From positions 45,880,001 to 45,944,000 of the forward strand of contig OX597835.1 in the NCBI GenBank assembly GCA_951406725.2: a stretch of 64,000 bases of DNA, given 5' to 3'. The DNA is from Octopus vulgaris (taxonomy: Eukaryota). Position 1 is the first letter of the stretch. The number at the start of each line of letters is the position of its first letter. Both the position numbers and the translations under genes were made by a program. The notes under the pieces are model-generated. The model was not told the DNA's origin and searched no databases. It worked only from the letters and a program-made list of their open reading frames with translations. Positions 29,882 through 43,200 of this stretch are shown here, one piece after another.

Positions 29882-30146
29882 ACTCGCGGTCGTAGGTTCG
29901 CGGTTTCGATTCCCAGACCAGGTGTTGTGAGTGTTTGTTGAGCGAAAACACCTAAAGGTCCACGAGGTGGTGGCGACGCCTGCTGTACTCTTTCGCCACA
30001 ACTTTCTCTCACTCTTTCTTCTGTTGGCCTGCTCGCTTAGCCAGCGGGATGGCGTCATTTGAAGGCTAAAACAATGCGAAACGCATTGTGACCAGCGATG
30101 TGTAGCAACATCTGATACCCTGGTCGGTCACGGTGATCACGGTGAT
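29882..30146 (+). mobile_element. SINE family C, 5'-clipped, alternative tail
   Basis: actcgcggtcgtaggttcgcggtttcgattcccagacc...ctgtactctttcgccacaactttctctc is shared with 43201-43583, followed by a different 3' part. Confidence 0.8.
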
Positions 30147-30245
30147 ATGTGTATACATACACACACAAACACACACAAACACACACACGCACACACACAC
30201 ACACATATATATATATATTTATAATTCTGCAAGCTATAATAAAAT

Positions 30246-30500
30246 GTTGTGCGTGTCTATTGAGAGAAAACACCTAAAGTTCCACGAGGCTCCGTCAGCG
30301 GGGGGGGGCGAACCTTGAGGTACACGTTCCCCACAAGTTACTTTCATTCTTTCATTCCTGTTTCTGTTCTACTTATATTTCGAAGGGTCAGCCTCGTCAC
30401 ACTCTGTGTCACGCTGAATTTCCCTGAGAACTACATTAAGGCTGGTCCGTTGAATCGGATCAAGTGGAACCCTTGTCGTCGTAACCGACAGAGATCCACG
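30246..30500 (+). mobile_element. SINE family C, headless diverged copy
   Basis: gagagaaaacacctaaagttccacgaggctcc...ccctgagaactacattaagg...ggatcaagtggaacccttgtcgtcgtaaccgac matches 43201-43500. Confidence 0.75.
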
Positions 30501-30501
30501 A

Positions 30502-30551
<50 letters not shown>

Positions 30552-30632
30552 TCTATTATATATATATATATATCTTATATATATATGTGTATTATATATT
30601 TATTTATCTATCTATCCATTTATCTATGTGTG

Positions 30633-30703
<71 letters not shown>

Positions 30704-30974
30704 ATTTACATCTGTGTGTATACACATCTGTGTGTGTATTTATGAATGAATGTGTGTGTCTGTGTATATCTGTTATGTGTTCTCATATATATGTATGTGT
30801 GTGTATGTATGACTGATTATGCAGTCTGCGTGCATTGGATCTTAAATATGCATATATATGGCGCCCAAAACACAGAATTCTCTACGTAAATAGCGTTTAG
30901 TTGAACGATTTTTTTTTCAGTGTCGATTATTTCGATTTAACGCATTTTAGACACATGCACGTATATATATGTAC

Positions 30975-31034
<60 letters not shown>

Positions 31035-31325
31035 CTGTGTGTGTGTCTCTGTGTGTGTATACATTTACATACAAACACATTTGCACACGCACATATATAT
31101 ATGTGTGTGTGTGTCAGCAAGTTGGCATTATTTAAACTAAGTAGTTTGCACGAAATGAGAATTTCCATTTACGGCCATAGTTAATACTGATTAGAACTCC
31201 GATAATGACCTCATCCATTCTACCAAAACCAACAAAACCAATAGAAAATAATGACAAACTGTTGAAGAATTCATCTATTTCCTGTGCTGTTATAAATATT
31301 TCAGCGCTAAACCATATTTCCTCAG

Positions 31326-31376
31326 TAATTAGAAGCTATAACGCTTTTACCGAAAACGTTATAGCTTCTAATTACC
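31326..31376. repeat. Short near-perfect hairpin
   Basis: gtaattagaagctataacg-cttttaccgaaaa-cgttatagcttctaattac. Confidence 0.85.
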
Positions 31377-32041
31377 GTTAGCAAAAATATGAAATAACAA
31401 AACAAATTATTCACTATGGCTGTCTATTGAAGAATCCGCTTTGGAACCATGTGGTCTTGGGTTCAGATTCACTACCTGATTCTGTGGATATGAATCGTCT
31501 CTTCACCAAAAACTGGTGAGAGAGATTTGTTGATGGAATCTTTGTGGAACCATGTGTATATACATAAAATTCCCAATACTAATGTGAAAGAGAGAGTTAA
31601 CATATCAAACATATATATGGTTTCTTTAATAAATTTCAGCTGTGCTGGCGTGTATATGTTGCGCGTCTACACACTCTGTAAACAGATTTCTTTTGGTGAA
31701 ATTTGAACTTTCAGTGAAACAGGGAGGATTTGCAAAGACACTGTTAAGATAAACCCGATGAATTGCTCCTCAAAGCTGTCTACGTGGGAAAAGATCGTTC
31801 ACTCAGGTGTGGCGATGGGTGCACGAGGATACAGCTCTCACAATGAGAAACGCTCATGAGAACTAAAGAAGTGAGAACTGCATGGAAAGTAAGAATCCCA
31901 ACGGATCCTGGTTCTACTCCTCCGTGCCCCGCACTGTAATAGTAGATATTTTGTCAATGTATGCCTCAGCAAGTTGGCGGCCCATAAAGAGTAAATCTTC
32001 TAGTTTGGGTATATACATGTATGTGTGTATGTACTATAAGC

Positions 32042-32097
<56 letters not shown>

Positions 32098-32100
<3 letters not shown>

Positions 32101-33571
32101 TAGATAAACGTAGATGTGTTTCGACCAATGATTGGTCCAGGCCATGTCTAACTTAATAGCACCACCTGATAGGATTATTTGAATCCTGTTTAAGTCAAGT
32201 TTTGCTTATGGTCCATTCAAGTAGTGAGTTTTATTGGGTGAGTTGTATCCAATTATGGGTGGCTTATCTAGTATTCTTTGAAGGAATCTATCCAGACTCC
32301 GTTTAAAGTTGATGGGATCCTGTTCCTCTTTGATCTCTTTCGGGACAATGTTAATTAGGGCAGGGCCTGTTGAGGAAAAGAAATTATGTTGTAGTGTATA
32401 AGTATGCTGGGATCTTGAATTGGGCAGGGGACGTATGGCCCGTGGTCCCAGTCTTGGATGAACCTTGAAGCTTATGTTCAGGTCATTTCGGCAAAGTTGG
32501 CGGTATATTCTCCACATCGTACAAATGATGTACCGCTCACGGGGGAACGCTGGAGAAAGTAGAGTTTCAAGGCTTTAAGGCGATCCCAATAATCGAGAGC
32601 AGCCATGCCTTCAATTCGTTTAGTGAGTGCTTTCTGGGGTGATTCAATCCTCGAGATGTTTTGTCTTGTATGGGGAGACCACAGTGGGCAGCAGTATTCG
32701 AGGTGTGGCCGTACAAAGGAGGAGAAGAGTGGTATGATGACATCTTGTTCTCTGGACCGGAAAGTTCTTAAGATCCAGCAACTCATCCTACGAGCTATAT
32801 CGACCTTCTTGTTGATGTGTGCACTCCAATTGAGATCATCATCAACAATTACACCTAGGTCCTCTGATGTTGTTAGAGGCTGTGAGCGGTTCCCCTGAAG
32901 GAAAAGAGTATGGCTGTTTTAGTGAGGAGTTTCTTCCAAAATGCATCAGCTCAAATTTTCCCTCGTTCAGTTGCATATTGTTTCTGTCTGCCCATTGACT
33001 CACAGCATATAGATCAGACTGGAGTTGAGTTCGGTCTGCTTCTTCATTGACGATTTGCTGGGGCTTGGTGTCATCAGCAAATATTTTCACTTTGCAGTAA
33101 TGTACGACACTGGAAAGGTCGTTTATGTAGATTATGAAGAGTAGCGGACCCAAGACAGTCCCCTGGGGGACACCGCTGGTGACTTTTGCTGGGCTTGAGT
33201 GGACTCCATCAACTACAACATGTTGTGTTCTATTCGCCAAGAAATACTTGATCCAGTGTAGAACTTTTCCACGGATTCCAACATTTGCCAATTTTGAGAG
33301 AAGGATATTATGGTCTACCCTGTCGAACGCTTTACTGAAGTCAAGATATATGACATCAGAGTTCGAACCTGTTCCCAAGGCTTTGAGTACATCTTCAATG
33401 TGGTGTAAGAGCTGTGTTAGACAGTCCCTGCCACAGCGAAAGCCATGCTGATTTGCATTTAGGAGTTTCTGGGTCTCCAGGAAGTCAGCCATCCTTGATC
33501 TTAACACTCTTTCAAACACTTAGATGATGTGGGAGGCGAGTGAGATTGGGCGATGGTTGAGTGCGAGGGAT
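32098..33571 (-). mobile_element. 5'-truncated CR1-type LINE (RT domain and 3' UTR)
   Basis: HRPISL, NQHGFR, VIYLDFSKAFDRVDH, SGVPQGTVLGPLLFIIYINDL, FADDTK and FVRPHLEYCCPLWSPH, with frameshifts. (TA)n at both ends. Confidence 0.92.
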
Positions 33572-33861
33572 CTATATATACAAATGACAGAAAATGAGAG
33601 AGAGAAGGAGAAAAGAGTGAGCGAGAGAGTGTTAGTTTGTTTACGTCCCAGAAAAGTACTGAATTAGCATAGAATACGTTTCAGGTGTAACAAAAAATAT
33701 TGAGGAGATGTTTTTTCGACAAAAAAATATAAAGCCATGACCTTCACCTCAGAATGGCTAAAATTCCAAAACAACACTTCTAAGTATACATTTGTCTATA
33801 GATACATGTATTGATACACGCACAGACACAGGCACACACGCACATGCACACATACAAACAC

Positions 33862-33932
<71 letters not shown>

Positions 33933-33960
33933 TATAGATATATACACGTACATACATATA

Positions 33961-34000
<40 letters not shown>

Positions 34001-34039
34001 CATACATACATATATACATACTCTGCAATGATAGATCAC

Positions 34040-34208
34040 TAGCCACTAAACCTTTTTCTATTTTCTCTTCCTGTTTATTTCTGCGTTCCTTTCTGTTGAA
34101 GAGCGTAGGCTCGAAACGTAAAAGACTTTCTCCCTTCCCGTGCGTTGAAGTAATACATCTCTTTGTTGTTTACACACCCATCACCGTCTTTTTTGTAAAT
34201 TCCCACTT
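34040..34208 (+). mobile_element. PLE-type terminal module with hammerhead-like fold
   Basis: cttt-CTGTTGA-a-gagc-gtag-gctc-GAAA-cg-TA-aaag at 34089-34124. Ends at (TA)n. Confidence 0.6.
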
Positions 34209-34224
34209 TATATATATATATATC

Positions 34225-34560
34225 GGAGTCAGCATATAAAGGCGAAACAAGGTGGAAAAAATAGTACTTAAATACCAGGGGTAGAGTAAAATGCTTTATT
34301 AAAAAGCAGCAAAATTATAACAAAACCTGTTACTCAGAGTTTCACGCTCCCGTTCGTCGGACAGCTTTGTTTAGAATAGAACTGATATAAGATTAAAAGC
34401 AAACATATACAATTAGTTTAATGGATACACATTTGAAAATGGTTTTGTTTCATTGGTCCTTGTATATGTATGTTTTTAACCTTCTAAACAAAAGTGTCCG
34501 ACTAACGGGAACGTGAAACTCTGAGTAACAGTTTTAGTGATATTTTTGCTGCTTTTCAAT
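34225..34560 (-). mobile_element. PLE-type terminal module with inverted partial copy
   Basis: Arms 34298-34376 and 34482-34560 are reverse complements and each contains a hammerhead-like fold. Confidence 0.65.
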
Positions 34561-34625
34561 ATATATACATATATAGATGTGTAACTGTAATATGAGACAA
34601 TTATTTGTTATCTTACCGTCTTTTA

Positions 34626-34667
<42 letters not shown>

Positions 34668-34670
<3 letters not shown>

Positions 34671-35149
34671 TTGTTTTCAGAATGAGATAAAAAAAACCAA
34701 GGCTGTGAAGATTTTAGAACATTTATAAATAGAAGGTCTTACAGCTGTTTCCGGGATATTTTTTATATCCCTTCATCGGAGACGGTATGAGAAAATGGTT
34801 AAGCAATTGTTAATTTAGATAAGATACGAAATAGAGAGTGAAGTGCAGGAATGAAAATAGACGTGAGATATGCAGGGAAATTGCATTTGTAGATCCATTA
34901 TATGGGCAGAATGGTATACATATAAGATTCCAATACCTTGAGAGTAAAATCCAATATTATCTAAAATTGGTCATTCCAAGTATAGCGTTTGTACACAGTG
35001 CTATTGAATCAAGTGCTTTATTTAAAGTGACCTAAAAGTACGGAATGTATTTGTAAGGTCAAATCGAAAACAGAAGTGAGGAATAAAGAGAAGATAGAAA
35101 AAAACAGTTAGTGGTCAGTAAAGATAATTTGAAAATAGGAATGGGGAGA

Positions 35150-35150
<1 letters not shown>
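34668..35150 (-). mobile_element. PLE-type 3' terminal region with hammerhead-like fold
   Basis: Minus strand gtct-CCGATGA-a-gggatat-aaaa-atatccc-g-GAAA-cagctg-TA-agac at 34736-34783. Bounded by (TA)n. Confidence 0.6.
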
Positions 35151-35186
<36 letters not shown>

Positions 35187-35205
35187 TATATATGTATGTT
35201 GTATG

Positions 35206-35241
<36 letters not shown>

Positions 35242-35243
<2 letters not shown>

Positions 35244-35572
35244 TATATAAAAAAGGAAATGAAGAAAATGCTGACAAAATAATTTAAGTAATTTCAGTAA
35301 TTTAATTAGGTGAAAGTTCTTTTTACCGGTTGCGCATTTGTTATGCTTATCAAAAGATGTTTTTTTAAGAGAGATAGAGTTACTTTCTGATAGATTTTTT
35401 TCCTAAGATAAGAGGAAAAAATCTATCAGAAAGTAACTCTATCTCTAAAAAAAACATCTTTTCATAAGCATAACAAATGCGCAACCGGTAAAAAGAACTT
35501 TCACCTAATTAAATTACTTAAATTACTTAAATTATTTTGTCAGCATTTTCTTCATTTCCTTTTTTATATATC
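35242..35572. repeat. ~330-bp near-perfect palindrome with an 8-nt loop
   Basis: 35242-35404 is the reverse complement of 35413-35572 apart from two substitutions and a small indel. Loop is aagataag. Confidence 0.95.
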
Positions 35573-35600
35573 ACAACTCGTGTTCCACATCTCCTTTTTT

Positions 35601-35644
<44 letters not shown>

Positions 35645-35646
<2 letters not shown>

Positions 35647-35838
35647 TGTACCCTTGGCCATTTTTTTCCTCTGTCTTCCCTTCTCTGGATCTTTCCTTCT
35701 CCTATGTTTCCGACGAAGAGCTCCGCTCGAAACGTTAAACCCTCCTTCTTTCCTTCTTTCCTGAGCGTCCAATAATACTATATTTGTTCCACGTCCTCGC
35801 GTTGTTGTGTTTTTTGTGCTTTCTTGTTTGGATTAACT
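35645..35838 (+). mobile_element. Solo PLE 3' terminal module (same family as 14048-14820)
   Basis: Colinear with the reverse complement of 14048-14243. Contains gttt-CCGACGA-a-gagc-tcc-gctc-GAAA-cg-TT-aaac. Confidence 0.8.
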
Positions 35839-35885
35839 ATATATGTATATATATATGTATACATATATGTATACATATATGTATG

Positions 35886-35916
<31 letters not shown>

Positions 35917-36630
35917 GTATATATGTATGTATATATATGTATATATATATATGTACACACATACTCACACACACATTCAGCATTCGTGTAATAGCACACA
36001 TATGTACAAGTTACATCGCATTACTTATTTACGCACAGAATTGGCGTGAAAATGATAATGGTCTTTTCATTAGAAGTTATGAATATTTTAAATTTCATAA
36101 AGTATACTGATGACATTTGCAACGTGCACAAACGGTACAACACCTGTACATCTTATAATGTCGGAGCAGAATGCTGTACGTTAAATATGCATATATAATA
36201 ATTGTCTTCTAAATAAAGATTTCCGAAGAGTATTCGCTCTGCATATGATGTATAACTTCACGAATAATTTAGATAACTTGCAAAACAAACGATGTATTCT
36301 ATATGAACCAAGAGGAAGCTATAAGGAAATGTAAGACAACAAAAAAAAATAACATCTGAAAGAAAGAAAACTAACCAAACAATATCCAAAAGAAAATTTT
36401 AATTAACTGTTCTTTCTTAATTAAACACTAATTAATATCATTGTTTTGTATTTACAAATAGAAATATAGGTGTCTTCTACAAAGTAAGAATTAAGTGCGG
36501 AATCTCTGAATGTAGGACAGTGTGTGTTTTTCAACATTTGATCGAATATACACACACACACGCACGCACACACACACATATATATATGTGCATGTGTGTA
36601 TAAGCATGCATTAAGAATGTACATGAACGT

Positions 36631-36665
<35 letters not shown>

Positions 36666-36724
36666 GTATATATATACGTATATATATATATACGTATATA
36701 TATACGTACATATACATGTATATA

Positions 36725-36830
<106 letters not shown>

Positions 36831-36940
36831 TCATATATATATATATATACATATATATATGCGGATACATACATATATACATATATATATATATGTATAC
36901 TTATACATATAGAGTATATATATAAGTATATATATATATG

Positions 36941-36985
<45 letters not shown>

Positions 36986-37244
36986 GTGTGTGTGTGTGTG
37001 TATAAATATTACACTGTGCACATGCTTGTATCTCTCTTTATGTCTGTATGAAATTGTTTCAGAGTTCACTCGCGTGTATATTTGTACTTACCTGTCATCA
37101 TGTCACCGTATCTGTGTTTATCATCCTCTCGGTAATTACGTGTATGCACACACACATGTAAGCGTTTATGTATGTGCATATGCGCATGAGCGTATATATG
37201 CCTATATATATATGTACATTTATATACATACACACACACACACA

Positions 37245-37291
<47 letters not shown>

Positions 37292-37330
37292 AAGCGTTTA
37301 TGGAGATGGAGATGTGCATGTGCGTATGTA

Positions 37331-37386
<56 letters not shown>

Positions 37387-38124
37387 GGCACATGTGTCTA
37401 TGTGGGAAAGAGAAAGAGGGAAGGAGAGATGATAGATAAATAGATAGATATATACATACATACATAAATAAATGCAAACATAGATTTAGAATAGACTCGC
37501 ACAGAAAAACACACGCCCATACGCACATACCCAAATGCGCACTTTGGTACACACGTCTATACACGTTCTGAGAGAGAGCGAAAACAAGTCGGATAGAAAA
37601 GCCCACAAAAGAAAGAAAATTGGACTCGACATGACTTATTCAGTTTACATTTACACATGCTGCAATGGTCTGAATAAAAAATCGTTTCTTCAAGATGGAA
37701 GAATTTGAAGTGGTTGTCTTCGATTCGATTGCTTGGTTACTTAATAGGCAACTCTGAAAACAATGCAACCATGTGAGTGTGTGAGTGCGTATGTGTAATT
37801 CTGTGTGTGTGCGTGAGTGTGTATGTGTGTGTATGTGTTGTCTCTTCTGACATACACACATGAATACGCGCACACATGTTCACACACACACACGCATCTC
37901 ACTTATATAGGAACATGTATGTGTGAACTGGATAAAAATCAATTAAAATTAAGTATGGTTGTTCGTGTGTGCGTGTGTATGTATGCATGAGTGCGTCTGT
38001 TAACGTGTGAGTTTGGTAACGTATGCGTGTGTCTGTGTATCCGTGCGCGCGTGATGCACATTGGTTTCCTGCCAAGGAGAACCCCTATTAATGATGTCTA
38101 TAGCTCGGCAACTACAGTAAACAA

Positions 38125-38330
38125 TAAGTAGACCATTTGCACTTAGCATTCGTTGACCTGCAGAAAGCATTGAGCAGGTTGCCTGGATCTCTTGTCTCAT
38201 GGTCTCTGCAAAAGCTAAGAGTAGACGATTGACCAGTGAGAGCTGCTGAACTAGCGTTCAGGGATGCCGTTAGCAAAATTAGCGTAAACAACGAGTGGAG
38301 CGTTGTCCTGCAAGTCATAACGGGGTTATT
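38125..38330 (+). mobile_element. RTE-clade LINE RT fragment
   Basis: LAFVDLQKALSRLPGSLVSWSLQKLRVDD*PVRAAELAFRDAVSKISVNNEWS resembles the RTE motif AFVDLEKAFDRVPR..WWALRKLGV.EW.VR. Confidence 0.7.
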
Positions 38331-39471
38331 TAGGAGGATTTACCGTAGGAACTCTTCTCTATTGATGATTTCCTGTTGCTGTAACTGTAGAAGAATTAGA
38401 TTTAAAATTCAGATTATGGAAGCACATCCTGAAATTAAAATTTACCGTAGCACAGACTAAATCCTTCTCACAAAATTCAACATTATATTTTTAACCTGAC
38501 ACATGTTTCGCGACTGGCTAAGTGTCCAAAATCCTTTGGTGTAGCATCACGTGGTTCCTTTTTAGTAAATATTCATCTTATGCAGCTTTGTTTCATGTTT
38601 TGCGCATGCGTTTTGGAGAAGCAAACGGACGAGTCAAGTGTTAGAAATGCTGTAGAATATACATTAAAAAAACATGAAGGAAATTCGTTGCTATGGCGAT
38701 AGATGTGTAAATACACCTGGTCAGTTCACAACGCTCGTAACCACAGAGGGGGACTGACACATTTCGGAGGGATTATCACCTCTACACCCATAAACAAACA
38801 CACACACACACACATGCACGTACCCTAAACTATGCCAAGGAACTTCAGTTTATTATATTTTGTAAGTAAACTATTTACATTCCTGCAATTCTATAAAGGA
38901 TATTTAAAATCAAGAAATGTTGCATCGAAAGATTATTATTTAAAACGGCCATTCCTTTCACTTGATAAGTTAGCTTCATATCTGTATATATTTAAAGGAT
39001 TTTTAAAGATATTGATGCAGACCTGTAAGTAATGTATTTATATTAAAATATAATAAAATAAATTATATTTGCATATAAGTTACGAAACAGTTGTAGTGAT
39101 ATAAGCATTTCCAACGGTTAAGTAAATTTAATCCTATTAATTCTTTCGTCTTTTATAACTAATTCACTCCTTAAGGTTTTTGTCTTATACCATACGATAT
39201 ATTATTTATGATTTGTAGAATAATCGTTTAAGGAGGTTTTTGCAATGAGTAATAGGGGATAAGATAAATCCATATAAGTAGATTGTATCTTTAAACTGAG
39301 TAAACACACACACACACACTAACGCACACACACAAACATACGCACACACATAGCTAAATATCTATCTTTATATATATAGATGCATACATGCATATATCTA
39401 TGCATAAATATAAATGTAAGTGTATACATATTTAATACATTCATGCAATTGTGTGAACATACACATATGTG

Positions 39472-39516
<45 letters not shown>

Positions 39517-41404
39517 GCAAGCATGTCTATTTATACATATATATTCTTGTATCAATGTGTGAGTGACTATGTATATACGTTTACTTGTATATATACATGT
39601 GAAATTACCGAATACGATTGTGGTTTCAGCCCTTATACAGTTAAAGTAGAAATATTGTGCGTATTCAAAATGTTGCATATATAAGTATGTACATATATGC
39701 ATATATATATGTATATATATAAATTTGTATATATATACACAAAGATGTATATATAAATATGTGTGTTATTGTGTATGCATATATATACATATATATATAT
39801 ACATAGATATATGTGTGTGCGTGCGGGTGTGTGTGTGTGTGAATACATATATTCATACACATGCTGAAAAGTTTGCAGATATTCTCAATCGTGTGTGCGA
39901 TTCTGTGTGTGCTTTTGTTTTAAAATATTTTATGATGAATATAAACTTTTATTCTAGTTCTCCTTTATCTGATAGTTGCAACGATTTTATATAAAATGTG
40001 TTGTGCAGTCTCATGGGTCCTTTTCTAGCACTTATATATTTGAAAACAATGTGAATAAAAAAAAAAGCTAACCGGAAATATCATACATTTTGTTTGCAAT
40101 ATTACAACATTCATGCATTCATCATTTTATATTTTGTTATTTTCTTTCGTTTAAAAGACAGCCATATTTTATTCAATCATTTTAATCTTGTTGCAACTGT
40201 ATATCGCTTGAAACAGGAAAAAAAAATATACATATGAACAACAAGAAACGTCTATTCATACGCTTCTCTCTAAATATAGGAAAATCTCTTGTGAAAATTG
40301 GCGTCAAAAAAGTTCTGTCACCAATCTCATGATGCTGCTGTACACACATAATGTTGCAAACTTTGTTCAAATTTCTCTGCAATATTGTAAATGATTAGAA
40401 TCGTGTAAAATATTTAATGTTGTGTTGCTCAAATGTTTTGACGTCATCGCAAGCTGCAGATGAAATATTTGTTTCAAATTTTTACGCAAGGCCAGCAATA
40501 GTGTGGAAGGAGATACGTCGATGTTATCGATCAGAATGTTCAACTTGTGCGTATTTTATCGACAATTAAATGCAAAGCTGACCTCCATGGAATTTGTTCT
40601 CAATCCATGAAGACGGACAAAATGATGCTCTGTGTTCTATCCGGTGTGCTGACGGCTTTGTCAGCTTGCAGGTCTGCTGCAGATCATAAATTGGTTTCAA
40701 ATTCTGGAACAAGGCCGGCAATTTCGAGTTTGGTGAGTAAATCGATTACATCGACTGCAATGCTCAAACTGGGCCAAAATTTATCGACACCTAAAAGATA
40801 AAAAGAAAAGTAGGCCACGGCGTCTCTTGAACTCAGAACGTAAAATCGGATGAAACGCCCCCAAAACAATTTTTCCGGCGTAGTAACTGGTGATCAAATA
40901 TTACGGTAGAGGTGCACTTGACATGGTGGATAAAAAAGATATTAAATGTGTTTTAATTTAGAAAGTAAACAAAAGAAAACTTTGAAAACTATTGTCTCAT
41001 TAATTACGCTTGGAAAACCGTGTTTTTTCGCAAGGAAAAATCACTTTTCTAAATATATTTCGTTTTGCAAACATATAATCCTCTTTCTTGAATGTTAGTT
41101 GAGAAACGCGTAGCTTTAAAGGGAAGAGCAGAAGACTACGAGACACGTGCGCATTGTTTACTGACGTCACTTAATGAAAGGTAAGATGGTGAATCTGCCT
41201 GACTAATGAATTAGATACATTCGATACACGATCATAAATTTGATACACGGCAGACCGTTGTGTCCTTGAGCAAGAATTTTATTTCAGGACAACCCTGTCC
41301 AATCAGATGGCAAAAATGAGTTGTACGTGTAATTTATTAGGTTTTCAATGAAGGTCTAGTGGTTTTTAACCTTTAAATTCAGATGCATGTATCTCGGCTC
41401 AAAC

Positions 41405-41580
41405 AAAACTTTATTAATCATAATAAACATCGTCCGAATCAACACACTTTTGCCAACGCGAAACAAGTTTATTTATGTCAGTACCATAAAACCCTGCGTT
41501 CTTTTCCCGATGAAGTCGTTGAAGGCGTGTTTGGCATCGTCTTGGTTTTTGAAGCATTTTTCATGCAGAAAGTTGTCGTA
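41405..41580 (-). mobile_element. Mariner transposase C-terminal fragment (Hsmar1/cecropia-like)
   Basis: The minus strand translates to DNFLHEKCFKNQDDAKHAFNDFIGKRTQGFYGTDINKLVSRWQKCVDSD. Confidence 0.8.
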
Positions 41581-41594
41581 GCTGTCTGAAGGCT

Positions 41595-41768
41595 TTCAGT
41601 ATGATGTTTGGCCTATTTGCATCTATCTTTCTGTCAGTTTGAATGGTGAAGTTCTAGAGGAGTGAGATGTGATCATTTTCAAGCTCTAGGGTTGGTTTGT
41701 GTTCCCACCAGTTTTATCATGAGAGAATTCCAGGTTTTTGAAAATTACCCTGTGAATATATTATGCAG
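41595..41768 (-). mobile_element. R4/Dong restriction-like endonuclease fragment
   Basis: The minus strand translates to WWEHKPTLELENDHISLL*NFTIQTDRKIDANRPNII, compared with the consensus-like WDFTIQTDR.I.ANRPDI. Confidence 0.75.
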
Positions 41769-41769
41769 C

Positions 41770-41823
41770 TCTCGAACTCGGAATCTTAGGGTTAGTAGCC
41801 CGCGCTCTTAACCACTACGTCAT
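41770..41823 (-). mobile_element. tRNA-like SINE head fragment
   Basis: Minus strand tgacgtagtggttaagagcgcgggctactaaccctaagattccgagttcga. A related head lies on + at ~42038-42081. No complete acceptor stem. Confidence 0.5.
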
Positions 41824-42092
41824 TTTAAAATCTTCCCCCTGTGGGATGTTGTTAAAATAATAGACAGAACAGCAGTGGAACATACGAAAACTAAAAGAAG
41901 CAGCACATATGCTAGGACACAACAACCTCCTAAGCAGATCGAGTGCAGATACGAGTAGCTATTGGAACAGGTATTAAGGCTAGGAAAATATTAGATTTAT
42001 AAACCTTAAAATTCACTCCTTAATTGCCCACGGGGATATGGCGTAGTGGTTCAGAGCGCTGGATATTAATCCCAAGATCCCTATAATAATAG

Positions 42093-42181
<89 letters not shown>

Positions 42182-42249
42182 GCTGCTCATGTATTTTAAT
42201 TTAACTTAAAAAAAAAAAAATGAACGAACTATTGAGTTTGGTTTAATGG

Positions 42250-42490
42250 CCTACCAATGTATACTATGAGTTTCTTCGCCCTAGGAGTCGGGAAGACACT
42301 CGGCAAGAAATGGAAGCAAATTTGAAAGGAGAAAAAAAAAGTAATAAAAATGATAATAATAATAACATAGAAAAATACCTTAGGAATGGAAACCCAGATG
42401 AAGCCTGGAGGGTATTTGAGCCGAAACGTTGTGTTAACAACAAACAAGATGAGGACAAATATCCGTCAAATGTAAATAATGTATAAAACA
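42250..42490 (+). mobile_element. Retroelement 3' module with damaged hammerhead (same family as 56885-57048)
   Basis: gaaaaataccttag..gatgaagcctggagggtatttgagccgaaacgttgtgttaacaacaaacaagatgaggacaaatatccgtcaaatgtaaataatgta is shared with 56885-57048. Confidence 0.7.
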
Positions 42491-43200
42491 AACTGTCTCA
42501 GAACAATGTTTCCAAAGTAAGTGGGCATCATTCACGATGCAAAGTCTAACATGCCACGAAAGTAGATTTCTAGATGCTGATTGTGGATCAAGAAGGGAGA
42601 TCGTCAGCATTTCGCTGTTCTCTATCTTTCTTTTGCTGAGGTTCCTACTTTTATTTGAATTTCCACGTTAGGTTGATGAACCGATTTACTAAAATTTAAT
42701 AACCACAACCCCAATCAGTCCACCAAACTACTTAGTGTTCGTGAAAGAAGAGCAAGTAATTGTTTCAGATTAGGCACACCAGCAGACTTGAAGGAAGGTC
42801 GGTGAAATCGACTGCAGTACTGGACAAGTACCTTCCGTAATCGAATCCGAAAAGATGTTCAATGTTTAAACTGATGGCGTTTGAAATCAGAAAGATAAAT
42901 AGCGGCAACAAAACATAAACGAATTTATTGTGACGGCTTTAATTATTCCCACCAGCTAATTACATTTAAACTGGCAGATGATATAAGAGTTATTCATAAT
43001 GGCTACTTCGTTGCTACTGTGCAAAACATGATTAAGACATAGACGAGTTGAAAGGTGTGTATACTCTTTAATCGTGGCCGGGGAATATAGAAGTCTAACT
43101 TTATTGCACTCTCTAAGAACAGAAAGTTTCTATTGACTCATGGGAAGTATTAAAGTTATTGATGATCACGTGGTTAAAATCACAATTCTAATGTTTAGTA

